64,000 nt of DNA from the NCBI GenBank assembly GCA_963843575.1, contig CAWJKZ010000019.1, forward strand, positions 224,001 through 288,000. The letters run 5' to 3'. This stretch comes from an uncultured Acidobacteriota bacterium. GTDB taxonomy: Bacteria > Acidobacteriota > UBA6911. Both the position numbers and the translations under genes were made by a program. Of this stretch, positions 21,940 to 31,635 are shown piece by piece. The notes beneath the pieces were generated by a model that was given only the letters and a program-made list of their open reading frames with translations, was not told the DNA's origin and searched no databases. How positions within the stretch are numbered: the stretch's first letter is position 1; every line of letters begins with the position of its first letter.

Positions 21940-22270
21940 ATGTCCCCCTTGGGATCCTCTTGGTGTCGAGATCTACATTTTGCAGGGACACGGACGTGAA
22001 CGGCAACGGCATTCTTGGCGACCGAATGGGATATCGGCGCCCCATACAGGATTGGGCGCGGGCTCTGGGGCAAGCGATCACAACCGCTCGCGGTGAAAAC
22101 ACCCTCCGTTCCGCCAGGCAGACCGTCGAAGAAGCAGCCAGGGCCGCGGCCGCACTCGGGGTCCGGGTCCCACCCGGGCTGGAGGCAAATCCCTGAGCCC
22201 GGGACTGCTTCTTTCGGAAGCCCTGAGCGTTGAATTGCGCTAACGGCCAGACAATGAGAGAGGAGTACTT

Positions 22271-23206
22271 GTGGCGAATTTTCTGATCCTGATCCTGGTC
22301 AACATCATGTGGGCCGTCCAGTTTGCCGCGGCTAAAATTGCCACCGACAACATGGGTCCGATCACCGTGACGGTGGTTCCGATGCTGATTTCCGTGCTGA
22401 CGATGGCGCCGTTCCTCGCGCTGAGGAAAAGTGCTCCGAGGCCCGACGCTCCGGACCGGGGATCGCTGCTGAAGATCGTCCTGAGTTTTGTTCTCCTCGG
22501 CACCTTTGGCATCGTCATTTCCCAACTCTGCCTGACATGGGGGATATCGCGATCCCTTGCGTCGAATGCGGCCGTCATTACGTTGGGAACCCCGGCAATT
22601 ACCGCGGTCACGGCTTACTTCATGCTCCGCGAACGGATGACGAAGGTACGATGGGTGTCCTTTCTCCTGGCATTCGGCGGAGTGCTGATCTGCTCGGACA
22701 TCGACTGGAGATCGGTCCAACTGCTCCAGGGCAAGTACCTGGTCGGCAATCTGTTGCTGTTCATCAGCCTCTGGGGCGCTTCGTTCTACAACACCTACGC
22801 CAAGAAACTGCTGAGCCGTTATACGCCGTTTGAAGTGACCGTCTACAGCTTCATCGTGTGCACACTGGTTCTCCTGCCGCTCGCCCTGATCCTGGAACCG
22901 ATGCCCTGGAGCCGATGGGTGTCCTTCGGATGGCCTGTGTGGATCAGCCTCGTTTCCATCTCGGTTTTTTCTCTTACTCTCGCCACGGTCCTTTTCTTCG
23001 CCGTGCTCCAGAAGCTGGACGTGACGCAGGCAATCCTCTCGGTCTACATGGCACCGATATTCGGCGTACTCATTGCTGCCGTGACAGTGCACGAAAAAAT
23101 CACGATGGAACTGGTTCTGGGCGGGATGCTGGTCTTTGTCAGTACGTTCCTTGTCACCTACTACGAGGAGAGGATGCGCCGCCGGGCCGCGGCGGCACAC
23201 TCGTGA
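22271..23206 (+). CDS. EamA/DMT family transporter
   Basis: About 10 hydrophobic segments in two EamA-like repeats (LRER, HEKIT). Confidence 0.88.
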   Translation: MANFLILILVNIMWAVQFAAAKIATDNMGPITVTVVPMLISVLTMAPFLALRKSAPRPDAPDRGSLLKIVLSFVLLGTFGIVISQLCLTWGISRSLASNAAVITLGTPAITAVTAYFMLRERMTKVRWVSFLLAFGGVLICSDIDWRSVQLLQGKYLVGNLLLFISLWGASFYNTYAKKLLSRYTPFEVTVYSFIVCTLVLLPLALILEPMPWSRWVSFGWPVWISLVSISVFSLTLATVLFFAVLQKLDVTQAILSVYMAPIFGVLIAAVTVHEKITMELVLGGMLVFVSTFLVTYYEERMRRRAAAAHS

Positions 23207-23335
23207 AAGCGCATCTTGGAGGTTTGAGTCTTTGAGAAGCCTTCGGGGGCTGGTAAAAGCTGACCTCGAGGCGCGAAGACTCAAAGAAAACTCAAGGATG
23301 TTTCTGAGCCTGGGCAAAGACTGTGTGCGGGCCGG

Positions 23336-24256
23336 TCAAATCCTGGTATCGGCGACTTTCCCGATCCAGTCCCGGGTCCAGTCCACGGCCGCAAATCCGA
23401 GGTCCATGCTGGTGTTGCCCAGGAACACGATCCCATCGATGCGTTTCTGCCGCAACCAGCGCAGCGCGGTTTCGCACTGGAACTTCATCTCTTGGACGGG
23501 CATCGATTTCTTCTCGGTGTAATCGACGACATAACAGCCCAGCATTCTCCGCGCGCGCGGGGCGAGCTTCTCGAGTTTTGCCAGGTTCGCTTCCAGGTTG
23601 GTGAGATCCGCAGGCTTCCATGTCCAGAGCGTCACCTGGTCCATCAGATCGAGGTAGTCCCGGACCGGGAGATCCAGTTGATTGGTGTAGAACGTGACGT
23701 TCAGGTCCAGCTTCTTCCCCGGCTGATTCAATGACCGGCAAATGCTTTTCAGCTCTTCGAGGCTGAGGGCGGCGCGTCTGCCGTCCTTTTCGCGTTCATA
23801 AAAGAAATCGTCCAGATAAATTCCCGTGAAATTCGGTGTTTTCCGGGCCAGATCGAGCACCTGACGCGTCTCCCCGTTGGAGGTAAATCCGCCAGATCCT
23901 GCCACTGACCATTGGACGCGCTTTAGCGGCCGCAGGGCCACGGCGTATTGCTCAAAGGGCGGCTCGAACCGTTTATAGTGATCCGTGCTCTCGCCGATCT
24001 GAACCATGATGATGTTCGGGACGCCCAGGAAAGACGCGCTCTCGGCCGGGCTCATCACCGAGCGCCGCTTGAAATAGGACCAATCGCTGTTAGCCGGACA
24101 GGCAAACACCCACAATCGGTCACGTACCGTACCCTCAGGGGCAGCCGAGACCTGGGCGGACGCGGGATTCTCTGCGCAAATCCGCATGATTCCGGCCGCG
24201 GTCGTGCCCAGCATGGTCCTGCGGGATAGCCTCAGTTGCGAAGATCGAGGTTTCAT
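23336..24256 (-). CDS. Tat-exported ~300-aa protein of unknown function, paralog 3
   Basis: SRRTML leader, VRDRLW, GIYLDDFF, LWTW, GIVFLGN. Confidence 0.7.
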   Translation of the reverse strand: MKPRSSQLRLSRRTMLGTTAAGIMRICAENPASAQVSAAPEGTVRDRLWVFACPANSDWSYFKRRSVMSPAESASFLGVPNIIMVQIGESTDHYKRFEPPFEQYAVALRPLKRVQWSVAGSGGFTSNGETRQVLDLARKTPNFTGIYLDDFFYEREKDGRRAALSLEELKSICRSLNQPGKKLDLNVTFYTNQLDLPVRDYLDLMDQVTLWTWKPADLTNLEANLAKLEKLAPRARRMLGCYVVDYTEKKSMPVQEMKFQCETALRWLRQKRIDGIVFLGNTSMDLGFAAVDWTRDWIGKVADTRI

Positions 24257-24307
24257 AACTTCTCCGTCTTCTGTGTCTGTGTCGCGTCTAGACTCACTTG
24301 GACTGGA

Positions 24308-26701
24308 TCAGCGCGTTCCCATCGTGGCAGTACCGGTTGGATCGCTACCGGCATCCGCGCGAGCTTTTTTCAGTATGATGCTTGCGGCCTCGACCGGTGT
24401 CCCCTGATACCTTTGCTTTTGCGGGGCGCTGAACGGCTTATCCACGAATGCCCGTTCGATCTCCTGGTATTGGCTTTCCAGATCTTTTGTGAGGATTTTC
24501 ATCGATCCACTGCTCATTTGCGCGCGCAGGTGAGCGATGAACGCAACCACGCGGGGACGGTAGTAGAAACGCACCAGTTCATAGTAGTCGCGGCGGGCAT
24601 AGTCGATGATGTGGCCTCTCCAGACCGTGAGGATATCCCGGATGGCTTTGTCGAAATCCGCAGGGATCCCCGGGAGAGCCATCGCTTTGTCGATGATTGG
24701 CTGAAGGCAGTAAAACTCGCTGCTGGACAAAAGCGCCTCCTGGTCCTGGAGGATCGCCATCATGCTCTGCGCTTGTTTCTCGAACTCGGCCTGTTTCCCG
24801 CCGACGAACGCGTCATAGAGGCTTGACACCTTCGTGTCGAAGCGGTCTCCCTGGAGTTGGCGGCCGATGTCGATGATGTCGTGCTGGTACAGGGGATTCG
24901 TGCCCAGCCGGCCGCGTTCCCTCAAGGCTATTTCCAATGCGTTGCGGAGGTGTGGCACGAAACGGGACCGCTGGCCCAGGCTGAGGCTGTGCGCGCTACC
25001 TTTGCGCCGGCCCTGAATTCCCTCCGGCGTGATGCGCACCTGGTAGAAGGGGGGAGTCACATCATCCACTCCGTACACGCTGGCCACGAGCTCCTCCAGA
25101 GCGCGAACCATGGTGGGCGCCGCGTCGACGCCGTAGCGGCGGTTGGCATAGTCGGCGAGAAAACTGTCGAGCCGGGTGTTTTCGGGATTCCATGCCAGCC
25201 GTGAGAGGAGGTCAAACCAGATGTGGTTGTGCCTCAGTGCCTCCGGCTGAAGACTTATCCCCTCGCACCGCGAGGCCTTAGGATCCTGCGCCACCTCCTG
25301 AACGCGGCGTATCAAACCGTTCAGATCACCGTGGACTGTCGTGTTTCCCCCATAAGAAAACAGGAAACCCAGCAGCCACGGCTTACCGAAGTAGTAATCC
25401 AGGTCCTTGTACATCGGGGTTGTGCCGAGGCTCGCGCCCTGGTCGTTCCACTGCTCCCAGATCTGGATGCTGTCGCCGGGGAATGTGTCAAGATAGGCTT
25501 TGACCGATTCCTTGGGCCACAGCCGCTTGTCCAGCCATGTCCAGGATGAACTGAAGACCTTTCCGTCCGGATCTATCGAGCGGATCACTTCCGAGGCACG
25601 CTTCGCATTCGCCGTTTTCACCATCTCCTGATCCTGGGGTGTTTCGCCGGGCACCATCTCGGAGAACGTCATGCCAGAGTAGATGTGATCGGTCCCGAAA
25701 CGAGCAATGTACTCTTTCAGGTAAGCACGCCAGACCTGGCCGTACAGGGGATCGGTGGGGTGGATAAACTTCCCGGGCGGTTCGAATCCTACCCAGCTTA
25801 CATCGATGAATCGCGCCTTGTTTCGATAAGCTTCGTAGAACTCCCGCGGGACCTGGCCGAGAAAACCTCGGTAGTCAGGCGCCATCTTGATGCCAAGGCT
25901 CCTGCCATAATCGGCGAATTTCCGGCACAGATCGGCCTGGAAATCCTGGAAAGACTCGGGGTACGGCGGGCGGATATCCCACTTGTGCCAGCCCGCCCAT
26001 GGATGGAATGGCGGACCGGACAGGCTGGCTGCCGGGACCCGCACGCCGAAACTCTCCCAGACTTTCCTCCAGGTCGCCGTGAAATCGAAGTTCGACGAGA
26101 GAAGGTTGAACCTGTGTTTCGCCGCCCAGTCGACTTCTTTCTTCCATTCGCTCCAGTCCCACCAGTACGAGGTGTATTCGCAATCCATCATGTATTCTCG
26201 CACCGGGAAGCGGGGGCGTTCGATGATTCGGATGCCATCGACAGGGAGCGACTCTATTCTCGGCACATTCTCGCCATCGCCGAAAAAGCCCACGTGACAG
26301 ACGCTTTCCAGATATCGATACACCGCGTAAAGGGTAGCCTTCGGGGTTGAGCCCCAGAGGACAAGGTGTCTCCTCCCGTCGTAGAGAACGGACTGGATGA
26401 CAAGTCCCTCTTCACCGCTCGAGGCGAGTTCGATAACCCCTTTTCTGACGAGCGATTCCGAGACGGGAGTCTTGCCAATCGATACCATCACGCCGGTTTT
26501 GTCCGTCGTTCCTTCTGAGCGTAGTTGCGCTGTTTTTCCTGTGAGGGCTCGGACGTACTTGATGAACTCATCTGCCGCATGTTTCTCCAGAGCCGAGTCT
26601 CCGGACGTGCAGATCATCGGATCGTCTGCCGCAGGAGCCGCTGTCGATCCATGAACGAGACCGGTGGAGAGGGAAACGGCTAAGATCCATATTTTCAGCA
26701 T
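24308..26701 (-). CDS. GH89 alpha-N-acetylglucosaminidase-like protein
   Basis: Signal peptide, YTSYWWDWSEWKKEVDW, FGTDHIY..TFSEM, YGGN, GISLQPEA and DYARR. Both putative catalytic Glu residues are present. Confidence 0.8.
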   Translation of the reverse strand: MLKIWILAVSLSTGLVHGSTAAPAADDPMICTSGDSALEKHAADEFIKYVRALTGKTAQLRSEGTTDKTGVMVSIGKTPVSESLVRKGVIELASSGEEGLVIQSVLYDGRRHLVLWGSTPKATLYAVYRYLESVCHVGFFGDGENVPRIESLPVDGIRIIERPRFPVREYMMDCEYTSYWWDWSEWKKEVDWAAKHRFNLLSSNFDFTATWRKVWESFGVRVPAASLSGPPFHPWAGWHKWDIRPPYPESFQDFQADLCRKFADYGRSLGIKMAPDYRGFLGQVPREFYEAYRNKARFIDVSWVGFEPPGKFIHPTDPLYGQVWRAYLKEYIARFGTDHIYSGMTFSEMVPGETPQDQEMVKTANAKRASEVIRSIDPDGKVFSSSWTWLDKRLWPKESVKAYLDTFPGDSIQIWEQWNDQGASLGTTPMYKDLDYYFGKPWLLGFLFSYGGNTTVHGDLNGLIRRVQEVAQDPKASRCEGISLQPEALRHNHIWFDLLSRLAWNPENTRLDSFLADYANRRYGVDAAPTMVRALEELVASVYGVDDVTPPFYQVRITPEGIQGRRKGSAHSLSLGQRSRFVPHLRNALEIALRERGRLGTNPLYQHDIIDIGRQLQGDRFDTKVSSLYDAFVGGKQAEFEKQAQSMMAILQDQEALLSSSEFYCLQPIIDKAMALPGIPADFDKAIRDILTVWRGHIIDYARRDYYELVRFYYRPRVVAFIAHLRAQMSSGSMKILTKDLESQYQEIERAFVDKPFSAPQKQRYQGTPVEAASIILKKARADAGSDPTGTATMGTR

Positions 26702-27018
26702 GTATCTCCTTGCCGGCCTCGTGCGAGAAGGTCTGAGAGCATTTTGCTTCGTGCAGAAGCCCGGGCCTATTTTCTCGCCGGGACACGAGATTGTCACCTA
26801 TATTTTGCTTGATAAAATATTAATGGAGAGACTGCGGATCAGGTCGCACAACGAGTGAAAGACTTGCCACATTTCCATGGGATCGGCGGGAGGGGCAGGA
26901 ACTCGCCGGTCGTGTCTGGCGAGGGGGTGATTTCGTCTTCAAATCGTGGTATTTTTTTCATGCAAAACCATCAAACTGACTCGATATCGGGTCAATATTG
27001 TCCGCGAGGCAGGAAGTC

Positions 27019-28233
27019 ATGCCCAAGATCGCAGAGCAGTGGCTTCATAACGTTCTGGACGTCATGCACCAGCGCCGTACGGTGACCCGTGCCCAGATTG
27101 TGCAGGCGACCCGACTGAATCCAGCCAGTGTAAGTCACGCGCTCAGCTTCTTGTTGGATCGCGGCACCATATTGAAAATTGGAGAGTTGCAGTCGAAGGC
27201 TGGCCGACGTCGCGATGTGTTGACCCTGAACGCCGAGGCCGGCTACTTCATCGTCGCCGACCTCGAGGGCACACGCACGAGTTTTGCCGTTACGAACTTT
27301 GTCGGAGACATTCGCTATCGCTGGGAGGACGACATCCTGGTCGGCCGGACGCTTGAGGTGAAGCAGATCATCGAAGGCATCCGAATGGTTTTGCGCGGGC
27401 TCACCGAAGCCCAGAAATCGCGCCTTCTGGCAATCGGCGTGAGCTGTCCCGGGATCTGGCACAAAGGGGGGGGAGTTACTGCATTCAATCTCGGTTGGCA
27501 CGATGTCCCTCTTGCGGCGGAACTGGCGAAGAGTTTCGATCTGCCGGTGTTTCTGGACCACTCAACCCGCTGCGCAATTCTGGCGGAACGGTGGCTGGGG
27601 CTCGGTCAGAACGTGCGAAACTTCGTGTATGTCACCGTTGGGTATGGCGTTGGGGTTGGAATTTATAGTAACGGTCGGTTTGTAGGCGGCCGTGACCTGA
27701 TGGCCGGTGAGTTGGGGCACATCCGAATCGATCCCGCGGCAACCGACCAGTGCCGGTGTGGGAAAACCGGCTGCCTCGAGGCAATAGTTTCCAGTCCGAA
27801 CCTCGTCCGACAGTTTCTCGAGAAATCCGGTTTGGAACCCGGCCATTATTCGGGATTCAGGGTGGTCGACGTGTACGACCGGTTCAGGCAGGGTGATCCA
27901 ATCGCGGCAGATGTCATAGCCCGCGCCAGCAAGTACCTGGGATTGGCCCTCTCCTACATCGTTAACTTTCTCAATCCCGAGCTGATCATTCTCGGCGACG
28001 ATCTCGTGAATGCGGAGGACATTTTCCTTCCGCGAATCCGAGAGGAGATAGTGGCAAACTCGCTTCCCGCTTTTGTGAAAAACCTCGACATTCGGGTGAG
28101 TCGGCTGGGGCACGACATTGGTCTGAAGGGAGCGGCCTCATTTGCGTTCCGAAAGTCGTTGTCGAACGCCGCCCTCCGGCAAAAGATGTGCCGGCCTGCG
28201 TTCGAATTGCTGGAACCCCTTGAACCGCACTAG
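27019..28233 (+). CDS. ROK family transcriptional regulator
   Basis: N-terminal HTH with GRR, then GVGVG, GELGH and CRCGKTGCLE. Confidence 0.92.
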   Translation: MPKIAEQWLHNVLDVMHQRRTVTRAQIVQATRLNPASVSHALSFLLDRGTILKIGELQSKAGRRRDVLTLNAEAGYFIVADLEGTRTSFAVTNFVGDIRYRWEDDILVGRTLEVKQIIEGIRMVLRGLTEAQKSRLLAIGVSCPGIWHKGGGVTAFNLGWHDVPLAAELAKSFDLPVFLDHSTRCAILAERWLGLGQNVRNFVYVTVGYGVGVGIYSNGRFVGGRDLMAGELGHIRIDPAATDQCRCGKTGCLEAIVSSPNLVRQFLEKSGLEPGHYSGFRVVDVYDRFRQGDPIAADVIARASKYLGLALSYIVNFLNPELIILGDDLVNAEDIFLPRIREEIVANSLPAFVKNLDIRVSRLGHDIGLKGAASFAFRKSLSNAALRQKMCRPAFELLEPLEPH

Positions 28234-28449
28234 ACGATGTAACGTCTTCCCCATACGTCCGAACCCCCGGTCTTAGTGCTGGAGCGAGTGCAGGACAGTC
28301 AAGCCCCGACCTCGGCGCAACACGCCGGAGCCCTGGATCATTACGGACATGAAGACCAGCCCTGACCGGAAAGAGCATTGCCTCACAGTACAGGGCCGGT
28401 ATGCGGCGAAAATGCAGCCGACCGTTTTCTTGAATCGTTGGGGGGAAAC

Positions 28450-29499
28450 ATGAACTCTCGAGAACGCATCTTTGCGGCACTTGATCACAAACTCGCAGAC
28501 CGCGTTCCGATCGCTGAAATGTGGATTGATCCGAAGATCGTTCAGGCGATTGTTCCCGGGGCGGTCCATTCCAATGATCTGGTCGAACCGCTCGGTCTCG
28601 ATATGGTGACCGTCGCCACGATGATCTATGAGGCCGACGAGGTGGAATGGGTCGACAGGGAACGGGGCCTTTTTCGAGACAAGTGGGGAGCGCTGCAACA
28701 CCTCACAGTGGAAGCAGTCCCCGTGCCGACTCTCCCGGCGCGGATTGAGTCGGAGGAGGATCTGGCTCGGTACACTCCCCCCGATCCCGCAAATTCCCCC
28801 GTCCCAGCCAAGGTGCGGACGTTAAGGGAGCGCTACCCCGATAAGGCTGTGGCGGTGGTCGGCGAATCGGGTTGGGCCCCTGCGGCATTCTTGCGCGGCG
28901 GGATCGAAAACCTGTTATTAGACTTCGGGATGAGGCCCTCCTTTGCGAAAGACTTGATGCAAGTCGGAGCGACCTATTACGCGGAGCTTTTTCCTCTCGC
29001 CATCGCTGCCGGCGCGGATGTCATATTTCTAGGCGACGACTACTGCGATAAGAAGGGCCCGATGATGTCCCCACGGATGTTCCACGAACTCATCCTCCCT
29101 AACGATGCCGCCGTTGTCGCGTCGATTAAGAAGGCCGGCGCGTATTGTATCAAACACATCGACGGCGACATCCGGAAGATCATGGACCCGTTGGTGAGTA
29201 CGGGATTGGACTGCCTCGGTCCGCTACAGGACGTTCCTGGAATGGAAATGGACAAGATTCTTGAGCGTTACCCTGGGCGGATCTCGGTGATGGGTAATAT
29301 CAGTGTCGACCTCCTGTCCCGAGGGACACGGGAGGAGGTCGTTGAGGCTGCGCGACACTTGCTACGTACGGTTTCAAGCAAAGGACCGCACATATTCTCC
29401 TCCGGCAATACGATTTCCTCGTCGGTGAATCCTGCGAATTACGTTGCCATGGTGAAGACCGTCCAGGAACTTGGTGCGTATCCCATCAGCGCCCTGTGA
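28450..29499 (+). CDS. Uroporphyrinogen decarboxylase (UroD/MtaA-like) family protein
   Basis: MNSRER...DRVP, DKWG, GDDY..K.GPMMSP, KHIDG, GNI. Confidence 0.85.
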   Translation: MNSRERIFAALDHKLADRVPIAEMWIDPKIVQAIVPGAVHSNDLVEPLGLDMVTVATMIYEADEVEWVDRERGLFRDKWGALQHLTVEAVPVPTLPARIESEEDLARYTPPDPANSPVPAKVRTLRERYPDKAVAVVGESGWAPAAFLRGGIENLLLDFGMRPSFAKDLMQVGATYYAELFPLAIAAGADVIFLGDDYCDKKGPMMSPRMFHELILPNDAAVVASIKKAGAYCIKHIDGDIRKIMDPLVSTGLDCLGPLQDVPGMEMDKILERYPGRISVMGNISVDLLSRGTREEVVEAARHLLRTVSSKGPHIFSSGNTISSSVNPANYVAMVKTVQELGAYPISAL

Positions 29500-29655
29500 A
29501 TAGGCACCTCGTTGTGAATACAGAACTGGCGTTTTGAAGCAGGTGATGGGTGGCAGGCCGGCCCGGGGAGTGCACACGGCTGATGATATGCTCCGGCCAT
29601 GGTCTCCACGGAGGCCCCGATGGCTGGAGTTCTGGTGCGGCTGCCGAACGGGTTT

Positions 29656-30984
29656 TCAAAGCTGTGTGGCGTTTTGCTGCACCTTCGCGAAAGCGCCAAT
29701 CACATCATCCACGTCGCTCTTAGACCCGATCAGTACCTCATGGGACATATACATGCTCGATGCGCAGAGTTCATCGTTCTGCGCGCAGTAGTTTTGCTCC
29801 CGGTATTTATCCAGGCGTTGCCGGCTGTACACCGCACGGAATCCACGGGAATTCAGGTTGTCCTCGAGGAATGGTTCCTTGTTGAGAGGAGGATATCCAG
29901 CCCCGACCGGAATGCCCTCGGCGTTGAGTGCCTTGATGACTTTCTCACGCGACGATCCATGGAATTGCTGTTTGTCGAAGCGAATGCCGAAGCAGTAGTT
30001 GTTCTGACGGGTCGATTCCGGATAATGCTCCTGCGGCATGATCCCCGGCACCTTCCTGAGTTCTGACCTCAAGTACGCCCCGTGCTTCTCGCGAATTAGG
30101 CTCACCTCGTCCAGTCGCGTCAGCTGCGCCATGAGCACCGCGGCGGCGAAGTCCGAGATACGATACTTTGTGCCGCGCATCGTGTAGCCTACCCCCTTTG
30201 GATCCGAACCGAAATTCCGGAACATGTAGGCTTTGGCGATCAGCTCCTCACGGTTGCTTACCAATGCGCCCGCCTCCCCGCCAGGGAGGTTTTTCGACTC
30301 CTGGAAGCTGAAACAGCCGATGGTCCCCAGGGTGCCGAGCTTCTTACCCCGCCACTCCGCCAGGTGAGCCTGGCACGCATCCTCGATAACCGGAAGGTTG
30401 TGCTTCCCGGCAACAGCCAGGATCTTATCCATGTGAGCGGGTGCGCCGAAGATATGGACTGGCATGATCGCGCGGGTATGCTCGGTTATTCGGCGTTCGA
30501 TATCGTCCGGATCCATCTGAAAAGTCCTTATGTCGGAATCCACGAAAACCGGCAGCGCATAGCACAAAAGGATCGCGTCAACAGTGGCTATGTAGGTGTA
30601 AGGCGAAACCAGGACTTCGTCGCCAGGACCGATTGCCAGGACCTCGAGCGCCATGTGTAACGCGTGCGTGCCACACGGAGTGATCACACAACCCCCTGCC
30701 CCCAACCTTTCTGCCCAGGCCTTTTCAAATTTTGGGATGAACTCCCCGTCAAAGGTGCACCAACGGTGGTTCCGGAGGGATTTAAGGATATTCGCCTCGT
30801 CCCGGTCATTTGTCTGGGGCCAGGTTGGGAAAGCTTTGGTTCGCACTGGAGTGCCCCCTTTGAGCGCTAGCGTATTCGGGTTTCGAGACAAAGCAGGCGC
30901 ACGAGTGGGAACAATGCTCGCCACCGCGACTCCTGCGGACGCTCTCTCCAGGAAAACCCGTCGACTTAGCTTCCTGTGGTCCAT
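29656..30984 (-). CDS. Tat-exported DegT/DnrJ/EryC1/StrS family aminotransferase, paralog 1
   Basis: SRRVFL leader, IGPGDEV, IEDACQAH, FSFQESKNL. Confidence 0.9.
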   Translation of the reverse strand: MDHRKLSRRVFLERASAGVAVASIVPTRAPALSRNPNTLALKGGTPVRTKAFPTWPQTNDRDEANILKSLRNHRWCTFDGEFIPKFEKAWAERLGAGGCVITPCGTHALHMALEVLAIGPGDEVLVSPYTYIATVDAILLCYALPVFVDSDIRTFQMDPDDIERRITEHTRAIMPVHIFGAPAHMDKILAVAGKHNLPVIEDACQAHLAEWRGKKLGTLGTIGCFSFQESKNLPGGEAGALVSNREELIAKAYMFRNFGSDPKGVGYTMRGTKYRISDFAAAVLMAQLTRLDEVSLIREKHGAYLRSELRKVPGIMPQEHYPESTRQNNYCFGIRFDKQQFHGSSREKVIKALNAEGIPVGAGYPPLNKEPFLEDNLNSRGFRAVYSRQRLDKYREQNYCAQNDELCASSMYMSHEVLIGSKSDVDDVIGAFAKVQQNATQL

Positions 30985-31161
30985 ACCGTTCCCTCCCGGG
31001 AATGCCGCCGCCATATAAGGGGGCCCAATGAGGTCTCTATGATAACGATTTTGGCCAACAAGTTTGACGAATATTTGCGCCCGTAGGACGCGCGTCGACC
31101 TTACGGACCAGCCTGCGAAGGCATGTTGCTCGCACCTCGACTATTATCACGGATCGCGGAG

Positions 31162-31635
31162 TTATCTCTCGCTTGGGAAACGCCCGACCAGATATTTGGC
31201 TGCCGTCATGCGCCCAAGGATGTATTGTTCCCGAAACGGTCCCGCTCGGGTCATGGCCTCCGTGATCTTGGGAGACTGTGTTGCGACAGCAGCCGTTGAC
31301 TCGGCGGCGAGCGCCCTGGCGAGACCGAAGTCTAGGATCTTGACCTCATCTTCGCCCGTAATCATGACGTTGGCAGGCTTCAGGTCGCGGTGGATTACCC
31401 CTTTCTCGTGCGCGGCCTCGAGCCCCTCGGCGATCTGGCGGCACACCTGCATCGCCTCATTCGCTTGGAGTGGCCCCGTCAAGAGCCGCTGTGCGAGTGT
31501 CTGCCCCCTACCAACTCCATGACGATGAATCGTTTTCCGCCCGATTCTTCGACACTGTGGATTGCTGCGATATTCGGGTGGTTCAGCGACGCGAGCACCG
31601 CCGCTTCACGTTGGAAGCGGGCCAGCCGTTCTGCC
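31162..31635 (-). pseudogene. Internal fragment of a Ser/Thr protein kinase
   Basis: [17 protein letters not shown], then after a frameshift [10 protein letters not shown] and KILDFGLA. It has no start codon, Gly-rich loop or APE/C-lobe. Confidence 0.85.
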
